Program-made: the position numbers and the translations under genes
The notes under the pieces: generated by a model
Seen by the model: the letters and a program-made list of their open reading frames with translations, nothing else
Told to the model about the DNA's origin: nothing
Database searches by the model: none
Shown here: one piece after another, positions 50,044 to 60,153 of the stretch
Layout: every line of letters begins with the position of its first letter
How positions within the stretch are numbered: position 1 is the stretch's first letter
From: a virus
Length of the DNA: 64,000 nucleotides
IMG/VR virus record: IMGVR_UViG_3300030294_000015
Location: 30,153-94,152 of that record
Reading direction: 5' to 3' (one strand)

Positions 50044-50451
50044 ATGTCAGAATTTAGTTTTAAACTTGGAGAATTAAATGAAATAGTAGAGGAGAAAGGT
50101 AATACATTTAAAGCATTAAGAAGAATATCATTTAATGAAAGACCAGAACAATTAGATATCAGAGGATGGTATATGAATGGTGATGGAAAAGAAATAATGG
50201 GCAAAGGTGTTCAATTATCAGATGAAGGTGCTAATAATCTTACTGTATTTATGGTAAGAGAAAAGTATGGGGATACAAAAGAAATAATAACAGAGTTAAA
50301 GAAAAGAGAAGATTTCTTTCCGTCATTAACTAGTGCTTTATCTAATGAAGAATTAGAACAAGTTGGTGTTGATATATCTAAAGTAGATTCATCAGAGTTC
50401 TATGATCCTATAAGTGATTTCGATTTAAATAATGAGGAGGAAGCTATATAA
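50044..50451 (+). CDS. PC4/YdbC-like ssDNA-binding protein
   Basis: LRRISFNERPEQLDIRGW...MGKGVQLSDE signature, acidic tail. Confidence 0.8.
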   Translation: MSEFSFKLGELNEIVEEKGNTFKALRRISFNERPEQLDIRGWYMNGDGKEIMGKGVQLSDEGANNLTVFMVREKYGDTKEIITELKKREDFFPSLTSALSNEELEQVGVDISKVDSSEFYDPISDFDLNNEEEAI

Positions 50452-51291
50452 ATGGATAATAAATTATATAAGAAAATTTACCCAACAGGATTCACAGGAT
50501 TAGACTTTATAGAAAATGATAAAGATTTATTTCCTGTAATAACAGATAATCCTTTAGTATTAATTATAGGTAAAAAAGACTGTGATAAAAGAACATTAGC
50601 TATTCAGATTGCAAATAATATTGTTAAGGGTTATGATAAGGGGACCATCATACATGATGATTTAGATGATGAATGTGAGTGTAATTTAATTGATAAAAAA
50701 GAAAATTACTTACATAGATTTACATATGAAATTGATATAAATGATTTATATTGTAAATTTAAAATGATATCCAAAACAAAAACAGAATTATATGATATAG
50801 TTACTCCTACTGTTTACATTTTAAATAATAAATGTATTAAACGTAGTAATAGTAATGATATAAATGAAAAAATATGTGATTGTAAAAATATAAATAATGT
50901 TTTAAAACGAATTATTGAATTATGTAGATCTGTAAATATTATATTAATTATGACTGTTACTTTGATAGAAGAATCTAATTTTCCACTCACAAAACCATTT
51001 AAACCTGCGACAATACCATTAAATATTCCTTCTATTTCTACAATATTATTATCTAATACAATTTTAAGATTAAATAATAAAGATAATGGCTTATATGAAA
51101 TAGAAATGATTAAAAATATAGATGGAAAACCAAATTTAAAATGCCAATTAGATTATAAAGATAGAAAATTCTATGATATAGAAAATAAAAATGGAGGGCA
51201 TAATAAATTCTTAGGTAATGATGGAAATTGGCATAATAAATTTTTAGGTAATGATGGACAGTTACATGATATAGAAAATGGTGATGAATGA
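50452..51291 (+). CDS. Degenerate RecA/UvsX-like protein
   Basis: YPTGFTGLDF, IIGKKDCDKRTLAIQIA (broken Walker A), PTVYILNN (broken Walker B). Confidence 0.65.
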   Translation: MDNKLYKKIYPTGFTGLDFIENDKDLFPVITDNPLVLIIGKKDCDKRTLAIQIANNIVKGYDKGTIIHDDLDDECECNLIDKKENYLHRFTYEIDINDLYCKFKMISKTKTELYDIVTPTVYILNNKCIKRSNSNDINEKICDCKNINNVLKRIIELCRSVNIILIMTVTLIEESNFPLTKPFKPATIPLNIPSISTILLSNTILRLNNKDNGLYEIEMIKNIDGKPNLKCQLDYKDRKFYDIENKNGGHNKFLGNDGNWHNKFLGNDGQLHDIENGDE

Positions 51292-52349
51292 TGGCTAAAA
51301 TTTTAATGGAACAAATAATCAATTCTTATTTAATAAGATATGATAGAATGTCAGAATTAGTTAAGAATAGTTTCAAAGCATATAAGAATGCTAGTGAAAT
51401 GAATATATACATAGATGTATATTCTATAGTGAAATCATTATACAGTAATAATTATGAGATGAAAGAGTATTCTACTTTATCTTCTTGTATTGTGAATATA
51501 TGTGCTCATTATAGAGAGTTCTTCAGATATATAGGAGTTAAAACTAATTTCTATATAATATACTCTAAGAATTGTCCATACATAAATAATCAATTCTATA
51601 AAAATTATAATTTTAAATCACAATCTAATTTTAACGCAGATAAGTCTATAGATGATATGATACAATTCAATATAGATTTATTAGACTTATTATGTAAATA
51701 TCTTCCTGATATTTACTTTATAAAAGGTACATTTGAAACAGGTGTAATAATATATGATTTAATATTAAGGAATGAAAAGAAAGGACATTCAATTCCACAT
51801 TTAATATTAACAAAAGATATTTATAATTATCAACTAGTTGCAACTAATGACAATATATTTATCTTCCGACCTAAGAAAACAGGAAAAGGAGATGAATCAT
51901 ATTTCATAGACAGTTACAATCTTATGAATAGATATTTAGTCGATAGAGACACAAAAAAACAAACATTAACCTTAATGAATGGTTTAATGTCATTATTTAT
52001 GACATTGACTTCAGTAAAGGAAAGAAATATAAAAATGTTATGTAATGTGACTACGGCTATGTCTATCTTACAGAGAGCTATTGATAATTATAAAATCCTG
52101 AATGGATATAATAGTGATATGAATATTGTTTGGAATGGAATTGAAAATGATAAATTAAAAATATCATCAATCGAATTTGAAAACAGATTTAAAGCTATTG
52201 ATATTTCATATCAGCAACAAATATATTATACTACACCTGAATGTAAAAATGTAGAACAAAGTTTAGTAAACTTATCCGATCCTAAAACAATGAAAGCAAT
52301 TAATGCTGAATACTTTATACATAATCAATTAGACTTTGATAGATTATAA
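51288..52349 (+). CDS. Hypothetical protein, possible PIN/5'-3' exonuclease-like fold
   Basis: NIYIDVYS..., LILTKD..YQL pattern; acidic active-site residues incomplete. Confidence 0.4.
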   Translation: MMAKILMEQIINSYLIRYDRMSELVKNSFKAYKNASEMNIYIDVYSIVKSLYSNNYEMKEYSTLSSCIVNICAHYREFFRYIGVKTNFYIIYSKNCPYINNQFYKNYNFKSQSNFNADKSIDDMIQFNIDLLDLLCKYLPDIYFIKGTFETGVIIYDLILRNEKKGHSIPHLILTKDIYNYQLVATNDNIFIFRPKKTGKGDESYFIDSYNLMNRYLVDRDTKKQTLTLMNGLMSLFMTLTSVKERNIKMLCNVTTAMSILQRAIDNYKILNGYNSDMNIVWNGIENDKLKISSIEFENRFKAIDISYQQQIYYTTPECKNVEQSLVNLSDPKTMKAINAEYFIHNQLDFDRL

Positions 52350-52369
52350 AAAAGAAAGAGTGAAATAAT

Positions 52370-52633
52370 ATGAAAATAATTAATGATTATAATGAACTAC
52401 AATTGATATTACTTGAACAAGACGCTTTACATGAATTATCCTTTGATGAAGTAATTAAAAAGAAATTAGAATGTGAATCAAGAAATGTTTCATATACAAT
52501 ATTATCTGTATTAGATGAAAATAATGGGGGTAAACCTTATATAAGACAAGGTATTAGATATGTGAATAATATTGGATGTTATTTCTTGGAAGGAAAATTT
52601 GTATTTAAAGATGATTTTATAGAAATGAAATAA
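52370..52633 (+). CDS. Hypothetical protein
   Basis: 87-aa ORF. Confidence 0.7.
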   Translation: MKIINDYNELQLILLEQDALHELSFDEVIKKKLECESRNVSYTILSVLDENNGGKPYIRQGIRYVNNIGCYFLEGKFVFKDDFIEMK

Positions 52634-52643
52634 TTTGATTATT

Positions 52644-52951
52644 AAGGTAAGGATAATTCCTTACCTTATTTTAAGGAGAATATTATGGCTGTTGGAAAGG
52701 ATAAAGAGAGAATTATAATTACACTTAATAAAAATATAAATGAAGTAGTTATATCATTATCTAAAGAAGATACTAGAGGTAGATCAAATTATATAAATAG
52801 ATTAATAGAACTTGATTTAAAAAGAAGAGGAATGAATGTACATAAAATAAAGAAAGATAATGATTATAAAGAAGAAATCTTAAATAAAGTATTTGAAGGA
52901 AAATTTGATGAATAAAACATAAAGGTAAGGGTAATTCCTTACCTTATTTTA
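52644..52951 (+). repeat. 30-bp direct repeats of a hairpin flanking the RHH gene (52644-52673, 52922-52951)
   Basis: aaggtaaggRtaattccttaccttatttta, one mismatch. Confidence 0.9.
52685..52915 (+). CDS. Ribbon-helix-helix DNA-binding protein
   Basis: KERIIITL strand followed by helix, then RGRSNYINRLIE helix. Confidence 0.75.
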   Translation: MAVGKDKERIIITLNKNINEVVISLSKEDTRGRSNYINRLIELDLKRRGMNVHKIKKDNDYKEEILNKVFEGKFDE

Positions 52952-52974
52952 TTTTTTCTAAAGGAGGTAATATT

Positions 52975-54153
52975 ATGGCTATTACTACAGATAAATATAG
53001 ACATAAAATTAAGATAATGTATGAACAAGATGGTACTTTAAAAGAATTTGGTAAAGAATCTATTACTAATTTAATAGTAAATTATGATTACGACAAATAT
53101 AATATGCCACTTATGTTTTTAAAGATATCATTAGAGAAAACTTTAATAGATGATATGATTAAAAATAAAAGTAAAAAGTTTATTACTCTATATATAGACA
53201 AATTTGTATATGGACAATCAATACAAATTTATTCTTCTTATGTAAAAGATCAATTTATATATTTTATGGATGAAAATTTAAATGATAATAATTCTTTAGA
53301 TTATAATTCAGCTAATTCTGATTCTACTAATCAACGGTTAATTACTATAGGATTAATGAAATTAGCTAATATAAACGATAATAAGTGTACTATCAGTGGA
53401 ATATATAATAATGTGGGTTTGCTAGAATTATTACTTTCTAATCTTACCCATATGAAGCTCTTAATGGAACCTCTACCAAAAAATCAAGAGGTTACTAACT
53501 TTTCAATTCCTATATTAAATAGTGTTATAAAATTTATAGATTATGTGAGTAATCAATATTCTGTTTACAATACTAATTATAGATTTTTTATAGATTTTGA
53601 TAAAACTTATCTTTTAAGTTCAGTTGGTAAGTCTGTTCCATCATCGGATGAAAAATATAATAAAGTAATATTTCAGGTAGCAGATATAGCATCTACGAAT
53701 TCTAGAATAGAAGGTATGACAATAGATGATAATGCTCAGTGTTATATAATACATCTTACTAATACAGATTTAAATATGTTTCAAAATAAAGCAGTTACTA
53801 TGAATAATAATACTTTAGTAGGAGTTGATTCTCAAGGCAATACAACTACAGTAGCATTAAATAATGATAGTACAATAGATACTAAATCTAAAGTAGAAGT
53901 AATTAAAACAACTAATTTAGACAATATTAGTAATATTAAAAATAGTATAGATACGAATAATACTATAATAAATATTATAAAATCTGAAATAGATAGTACC
54001 ATACTTACAATAAATAAAGAATACATAATACAAGGACATTCAGATACAAGAATAAATGGTAATTATCTATTGGCTTCTAAGAAAGAAATATATACTAGAA
54101 AAGATGATGATTTCTCTATAAATTGTATATTTACATTACGTAAAATTTCCTAG
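52975..54153 (+). CDS. Probable baseplate hub/tail protein
   Basis: Beta-rich 392 aa; YRFFIDFDKTYLL and GNYLLASKKEIY patterns typical of hub proteins; late promoter 52916-52927. Confidence 0.5.
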   Translation: MAITTDKYRHKIKIMYEQDGTLKEFGKESITNLIVNYDYDKYNMPLMFLKISLEKTLIDDMIKNKSKKFITLYIDKFVYGQSIQIYSSYVKDQFIYFMDENLNDNNSLDYNSANSDSTNQRLITIGLMKLANINDNKCTISGIYNNVGLLELLLSNLTHMKLLMEPLPKNQEVTNFSIPILNSVIKFIDYVSNQYSVYNTNYRFFIDFDKTYLLSSVGKSVPSSDEKYNKVIFQVADIASTNSRIEGMTIDDNAQCYIIHLTNTDLNMFQNKAVTMNNNTLVGVDSQGNTTTVALNNDSTIDTKSKVEVIKTTNLDNISNIKNSIDTNNTIINIIKSEIDSTILTINKEYIIQGHSDTRINGNYLLASKKEIYTRKDDDFSINCIFTLRKIS

Positions 54154-54178
54154 TGCTATAATTGCACTAGGAACTATT

Positions 54179-55444
54179 TTAACCTGGTAATCCTGAAGTA
54201 TTTACTTTTTCTGAAGTGTTGTCTTTACCTTGTACAGTCGCTTTATCTTCTGGTTTATCAGTAGTTTTATCTTTTGATCCTACATGATCTTTAACATGTG
54301 CTCTAATAATCTGCATATAATTTTTATACATTTCTTCTAACACTTGACATTTAGCAGTCATCAATTCTCCAACTATTTTTATATACAATTCAATCTTTTT
54401 AACAGCTGAATCAGAACCACCTGATTTATCTACATCTGATTGGTTTACATCTGCATTATTTTGACCATTTTGATTAATGGTTGCATTACTAGGATTGGTT
54501 GTATTTTTTGTTCCTGGAGTATTAGAAGCTCCTCCTGGCTTTTGTCCTTGAGCAGATATTTCTACTTCATTAAATATTGTAGTATTGTATAAAAATGATT
54601 TATATGAATCTACACTAAAGAAATCAAATGATTCTTTTTGTGGTGTGGTAGTTGGTCCATTAGTTCCTCCTACTGCACCATTATTAGTAGGAGTAGAAGT
54701 TGGAGTTGAAATAGGTGTATTAGCATTTCCATTATTAGTGGGTGTTGATTGTTCTCCAGTATCTTTTTCTTCTCTAGCCATTTGTTCAATCTTTTGTTGT
54801 ACTTGTTCAGCAGCAGCTTTAATATTCTTAGAATCTGTTTCAACCTTTTTTGTAATTTCTTGATAATTAACACAGAAATTATAAGCATCAGTTAAATTAA
54901 ATTCTGATGCAGATATAGATTCTTCAGCAGCTGATCCTCTAAAGTATATCTTTACAGCTTCAGCAAAGTTTATATCTGTATTTTGTTTTTGTATTTGTTC
55001 TATCTTATTAAAATAAGCACCTACAAATGTTTCTTCATCTACCAATTTAGGTTCTAGTGAACTGAAATTAAATGCTGGAGCATAAGTTCCTAATAAATTA
55101 GGTTGTCCCTTTTGATATTGATACATGGTGAATGTGTAATTTTGAAGAAACTTCTTTTTAAGAATTATATCTTTATATTGTATAAGATAATTCTTATCTC
55201 TCTTTATCAAAGCATTCATAGACTCTATAAACCTTCCCCATATACGTGTTAAAGCAGCAATAATTTTATTAATAGCAGCTTTAATCTTTTCTGATACACC
55301 TTCTGTCAATATAGTCATATTTTTCATTGTATTCTCATTTTGAGCTGTTAAAATAGATTCTCTTACAGCAGCTTTGAAATATGATCTATTTATTGTAGAT
55401 TCAGCTAAGTAAATAGCATAACTAAATTCGTCTGTGTATTCCAT
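54179..55444 (-). CDS. Internal head protein paralog
   Basis: LTE|GVSEKIKAAINKIIAALTRIWGRF leader and amphipathic helix shared across the array. Confidence 0.65.
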   Translation of the reverse strand: MEYTDEFSYAIYLAESTINRSYFKAAVRESILTAQNENTMKNMTILTEGVSEKIKAAINKIIAALTRIWGRFIESMNALIKRDKNYLIQYKDIILKKKFLQNYTFTMYQYQKGQPNLLGTYAPAFNFSSLEPKLVDEETFVGAYFNKIEQIQKQNTDINFAEAVKIYFRGSAAEESISASEFNLTDAYNFCVNYQEITKKVETDSKNIKAAAEQVQQKIEQMAREEKDTGEQSTPTNNGNANTPISTPTSTPTNNGAVGGTNGPTTTPQKESFDFFSVDSYKSFLYNTTIFNEVEISAQGQKPGGASNTPGTKNTTNPSNATINQNGQNNADVNQSDVDKSGGSDSAVKKIELYIKIVGELMTAKCQVLEEMYKNYMQIIRAHVKDHVGSKDKTTDKPEDKATVQGKDNTSEKVNTSGLPG

Positions 55445-55460
55445 TTATAATCACCTCTCT

Positions 55461-56612
55461 TTATATAAAATTAAGAACACTAGGTTCATGTAATATTCTA
55501 TTTGTTTCTTCTATCATAGCAGCTTCTGTTAATTTTAATTTTTGTACAGCAGCAATTGCTTGATAACAAACTGTCTTAGAAGATTTATAACAAGCTTTAA
55601 AAGCTTCTAATTTAGCAGTAAATGCTTGAGAATGAATTGTACTATATTGTTGTACTTGTTCTGTTTTTCCTTTTATAAATAAATTTAGATACTTTAAAGT
55701 TTCTGGATTTACAGTGTATTCAGTTGATGATTTTCCATGTACGTCATCATCAAAATCAATACTAACTTTATTAGAATCTCCATCCTTATTTGTTTTTAAT
55801 AAACTCTGCATATAATTCTTAATATCAGAATATTGATTTTCTATTTCTTTTTTAGTATCTTCTACAGATTTTAAAGCTATTTTATATTCTTTTACAAATT
55901 GATATGCAGCTGATACATTACTAGCTTTAATAGTAATAATATCTTTTTCATCTGTATCATTTCTAAATACTTTAAATAATTCTTTACCATATTCAGATGC
56001 ATTAATTTTTCCACCAGTTTTACCTATTACTGTTGCTCTTACAGACTCATAGAATTCAGTGTCTACTTTTTTCTTAAATTCTTCATACTTAGTTTTAGCA
56101 AATTCTAATTTCTCTGAATCTGATTTTGAGTTATCTAAAGTATTAATATCCATATCTACTAAATCATTTTGGAAATTAGCTTTTATATCTATTATAGGAA
56201 TTGTCTTTCCTTCTTGTCCAATAGTATATATATAATCTTCATAAGTAAATTCACAATCTTCATTAAACTTATCTAACCAATCTTTATGTTTAATTATATA
56301 TGAATCTGATCTTACTATACCATTTAAAGCTCTTACAAATCTATCCCATAAATTCCTAATAAATTTTAAGAATTTATCTATTATACCAACTATCTTTGAT
56401 GTAAAATCAGCAAATCCTTCATTAACTGCAACTACATCAGAATTAGATTCTAATAATGATCTATATAATTTTTTATTTACTTCCATCATATTTACTTGTG
56501 ATTCTAAAGAGAATTTTAAAGCACTATTAAAATAGTTTTCTTCAAATCCAGATATAGTAGACAATTGATTATTATTAGTTTCTTTTAAACTTAAACAATT
56601 TATATCAAACAT
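55461..56612 (-). CDS. Internal head protein paralog
   Basis: VNE|GFADFTSKIVGIIDKFLKFIRNLWDRF. Confidence 0.65.
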   Translation of the reverse strand: MFDINCLSLKETNNNQLSTISGFEENYFNSALKFSLESQVNMMEVNKKLYRSLLESNSDVVAVNEGFADFTSKIVGIIDKFLKFIRNLWDRFVRALNGIVRSDSYIIKHKDWLDKFNEDCEFTYEDYIYTIGQEGKTIPIIDIKANFQNDLVDMDINTLDNSKSDSEKLEFAKTKYEEFKKKVDTEFYESVRATVIGKTGGKINASEYGKELFKVFRNDTDEKDIITIKASNVSAAYQFVKEYKIALKSVEDTKKEIENQYSDIKNYMQSLLKTNKDGDSNKVSIDFDDDVHGKSSTEYTVNPETLKYLNLFIKGKTEQVQQYSTIHSQAFTAKLEAFKACYKSSKTVCYQAIAAVQKLKLTEAAMIEETNRILHEPSVLNFI

Positions 56613-56682
56613 TTCTATATTTCCTCCTTAATAAAAATATTAAAATAATGGAAAGGTAATTAAATACCCTTCCATATATTTA

Positions 56683-57729
56683 TTAAATAAATGAAAAATT
56701 ACTATCGTCAAATTCAAAACTTTCGTTCTTAGAATCTTTTTTACCAGATCCAGTGATTAATTTAACAGCAATAGATTTGTTTTGTCTATTTCTAGCTTTG
56801 ATTGCTGATAAATATCCACCATTATAAGTTTGAAGAACTGATATTTGTGATTTATAAGCATCAATCCATCTAGTATCTTTTCTTTGGTGTTCACCATTCG
56901 CTTCACTACCTGTTTGTTTTTGAAGTTTTGATTTTTCACCCTCTATAACTCTAATAGTAGCTTCAAGTTTTGTTTTTATAGCTTTATAGGCTTTAAGTGC
57001 ATCTTCTTTATCTTTCTTGGCAGATTTAACTTGTTCACATATATCAGATGTACTTACTTTTACATCTACTTTACTATCTTCTCCACCTCTAAATATTTTA
57101 AATAATTCTTTAGAAAATTCAGATGCAGATAATTCTCCAGATTGTCCTAATGCTTTTGCTCTTATTTCCGAAGTTATATTTTCTGATGATTTATCTTCGG
57201 ATTTAGAATTAATAGAATCACTTAAACCACCTATTCTACCAGCAGCTGCATCAACACCATTACTTCCTTCAAGAGTAAAGTTATATCCTTTGAATTCAAA
57301 CCCAGAAGTACTTGCACTCTTAATTTTACTTTCATATTTCTTAATAAAATCTTTATCACTCATAATAAATCTATTAAGCATAACCATAAATTTATCAAAT
57401 AACGATTTGATCTTTTGTCCTATTTTTTTAAAGAATTGAACAGCCTTGTCAATAAATCCACCATCACCAAATGCTTCGTTTACTGGCATTTCTACTCTGT
57501 TTCTTTCAAAATAAGATAATTCTAAAAATCCTTGTTCTTGGCATATATCAAGATATTCTTCTTCCATATAAGCATTAATAGCTTCTGCACCTTCCATAGT
57601 AGGTTCATATGGAAATTCTAAACCATGTACGTCAGCAAATTCTTTTTGTATACCTTCTTCTGAAATATCTATACTTCCACCAAATGCACCTTCATTAAAT
57701 ACACCAGATGTTCCTGAATATCTTCCCAT
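56683..57729 (-). CDS. Internal head protein paralog
   Basis: VNE|AFGDGGFIDKAVQFFKKIGQKIKSLF; own late promoter 57761-57772. Confidence 0.65.
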   Translation of the reverse strand: MGRYSGTSGVFNEGAFGGSIDISEEGIQKEFADVHGLEFPYEPTMEGAEAINAYMEEEYLDICQEQGFLELSYFERNRVEMPVNEAFGDGGFIDKAVQFFKKIGQKIKSLFDKFMVMLNRFIMSDKDFIKKYESKIKSASTSGFEFKGYNFTLEGSNGVDAAAGRIGGLSDSINSKSEDKSSENITSEIRAKALGQSGELSASEFSKELFKIFRGGEDSKVDVKVSTSDICEQVKSAKKDKEDALKAYKAIKTKLEATIRVIEGEKSKLQKQTGSEANGEHQRKDTRWIDAYKSQISVLQTYNGGYLSAIKARNRQNKSIAVKLITGSGKKDSKNESFEFDDSNFSFI

Positions 57730-57813
57730 TGAAAATTCCTCCTTCTATCTTTTATAATATTATTTTAAAGTTAAACCCTTCAAAATAAAGAGTTTAACTT
57801 TTCTTTTTATTGT

Positions 57814-58956
57814 TTATATCATTTCTAATGAATCTAAAGTGTCCAAAGTGTCATCATAAGTAGATTCTGCTAATGCATCAAGATATACTTGTTCATGTAT
57901 TTTAGAATTAGCTACTACTTTAGTAAATAATGCTTTACATTGTGCAATATGCATCTTTAATGAAGTAATATACACACCATTGATCATATTATTAGCAGTT
58001 TGAGATACTTGTACTGATCTACTAAATGCATTTAATATTTTAGTATCATTAGTATTACTGGATGCTGAACTTGTTCCTTTAAAATTAGCTGATTTTATTT
58101 CTATCTTTGAATTCTTTTCACTATTTAGTTTTCCACTAGCAGAATTTATTTCTGATAATAATTTCTTAAAGAAAGTTTCATTTTCTTTTTGAGATTTATT
58201 TAATTTAGTGATTATATCTTTAGTACCTAAGACATTAGTAATTTGTTTTTTCATAGTATCAGTTAATTGTTCATACGAATCTTTATCATCAAATAAAGAA
58301 TCCATATATTCTTTCTTGAAATTACCTCTACTTGCACCAGAAACAAATTCAGATAATAAAGATTCTAAATAATCACCATTACCAATTTCTTCTTCTCTCT
58401 TCTTTAATTGTTCTTCACTCATACCATTCACATCAGTTAATAAACCATTAGCTTTATTACTGAATTTAGAATAAGGTAATTTAGATAAATCTAAATCTAC
58501 TTTAGGTACTCTAAATTTAAATTTACCTTTATATTTAGATGCATTGTTTTCAAAAGCATTTTGATGTTTCTTGTAGAAAGCATTATAATCTCTACTTAAA
58601 AAAGAAGCTATTTTTACTTTTAAAGCTTCATAAAGAGATTTAATTTTTTGCCATGCTTTCATAACCATAGCTTTGATCTTAGCCCATATTCCATCAATAC
58701 CTTCACTAACAACTTCTATAGCAGCAGCTTCTTCTATAGCACCTGATTTTTCTAAATCATCTTTCTTAAATATACATGCTAATTCATTGAATTCTTTTTG
58801 CATTGAATCGTCAAATGATATTCCTTCATTAATTGTAGCTTCACCTATAAGTCTTAAATAAGCACCTGCATCGTAATTATAGTTTTCAATTACAGGTATA
58901 TCTGTATTAATTACGCTATTCTCAGCGAAAATAGCAGAAGTTCCAAATCTTCCCAT
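57814..58956 (-). CDS. Internal head protein paralog
   Basis: VSE|GIDGIWAKIKAMVMKAWQKIKSLY; late promoter 58987-58998. Confidence 0.65.
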   Translation of the reverse strand: MGRFGTSAIFAENSVINTDIPVIENYNYDAGAYLRLIGEATINEGISFDDSMQKEFNELACIFKKDDLEKSGAIEEAAAIEVVSEGIDGIWAKIKAMVMKAWQKIKSLYEALKVKIASFLSRDYNAFYKKHQNAFENNASKYKGKFKFRVPKVDLDLSKLPYSKFSNKANGLLTDVNGMSEEQLKKREEEIGNGDYLESLLSEFVSGASRGNFKKEYMDSLFDDKDSYEQLTDTMKKQITNVLGTKDIITKLNKSQKENETFFKKLLSEINSASGKLNSEKNSKIEIKSANFKGTSSASSNTNDTKILNAFSRSVQVSQTANNMINGVYITSLKMHIAQCKALFTKVVANSKIHEQVYLDALAESTYDDTLDTLDSLEMI

Positions 58957-59016
58957 GATATATTTCCTCCTTTTTATTTCTTAATTTATTATAAAGTTAA
59001 TTACATAAGTATTATT

Positions 59017-60138
59017 TTAATCATTTAGATATTCTAAAGACTCATTTAAAGTAATATCAGCAATAGCATCAAGTAATGTTTCCTCTGTAAATTTACTTCT
59101 AGAAACAACTTTAGTAAATACTGATTTACATTGAGAAATATGTTTTTTAACTAAGCTTATATAAGCTCCATTAACAACATTATTTACTGATTGAGCAACT
59201 GTAATCTTTCTACCTAAAACATTTACTCTCTCCATATTAACAGCATTATTACCTTCATATGTAGAGTAAGTCTTCTCACCCATTTTTAGATCTTTCATAT
59301 CATCTTCTTTTTTATATTTAGAAGTAATATTTTTACAATTGTCTATATCAGATATTAGTTTCTTAAAGAAATCATTGTTTATTTTTTGTGCTTTATCTAG
59401 AGCAGAAATCATATTTTTAGTTCCAAGTACTTTATTTATCTCACTTATTATTTCAGCGGATAATACTTCATGACTATCTTTATCGTCTAGATAGTGTTCT
59501 ACAAAATCTTTACTAAAAGATGATCTTGAAGTTCCTGGAATTACTTCTGTGATTAATTCTTCATACAAATCACCATTATCAATTTTTTCTTTATCTTTAT
59601 CTAATTCATCTTTAGTTTCTCCCATTGTATCAGATACAATCTTCAATGCTTTAGATGTTTTAAAAGGCAAATCTGATTCAATATTTTTCTTAGGATTTCT
59701 GAAAGTATATTTACCTTTAGTATTCTTAGCATAGTTATTAAAAGTATTTTCATGTTTCTTATAGAATTTATTATAATCTCTAGTTAAGAATGACATTACT
59801 TTAACCTTTACTGCTTCATATAAAGATTTAATCCTTTGCCAACCTTTCATAACCATAGATTTAAGTTTACCCCATACATCAGCAATACTTTCAGTAACAA
59901 CTTGTATAGCAGCAGCTTCTGTTACCAATCCTTGTTCTTCTAATTCTTGTTTTCTAATTTCACATGCTAATTCATTCATTTCAAATTGCATAGATTCATC
60001 AAACATATCTAATTCATTTTTCATAGATTCAGAGATTATTCTAAAACAAGCTCCTTCTCCACCATACCCTTCTAATACAGGAATTTCTTCATCATTATAT
60101 CTTCCGATAGAAGTAGTATTTCCTCTACAAATACCCAT
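59017..60138 (-). CDS. Internal head protein paralog (close duplicate of 57814..58956)
   Basis: VTE|SIADVWGKLKSMVMKGWQRIKSLY; collinear similarity with its neighbour. Confidence 0.65.
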   Translation of the reverse strand: MGICRGNTTSIGRYNDEEIPVLEGYGGEGACFRIISESMKNELDMFDESMQFEMNELACEIRKQELEEQGLVTEAAAIQVVTESIADVWGKLKSMVMKGWQRIKSLYEAVKVKVMSFLTRDYNKFYKKHENTFNNYAKNTKGKYTFRNPKKNIESDLPFKTSKALKIVSDTMGETKDELDKDKEKIDNGDLYEELITEVIPGTSRSSFSKDFVEHYLDDKDSHEVLSAEIISEINKVLGTKNMISALDKAQKINNDFFKKLISDIDNCKNITSKYKKEDDMKDLKMGEKTYSTYEGNNAVNMERVNVLGRKITVAQSVNNVVNGAYISLVKKHISQCKSVFTKVVSRSKFTEETLLDAIADITLNESLEYLND

Positions 60139-60153
60139 TTAATTTACCTCCTT

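Noticed and set aside
50244-50265. VFMVRE in the PC4-like protein as another FMTR tag
   Set aside because: Lies within the predicted folded helix rather than a terminal tail; probably coincidental
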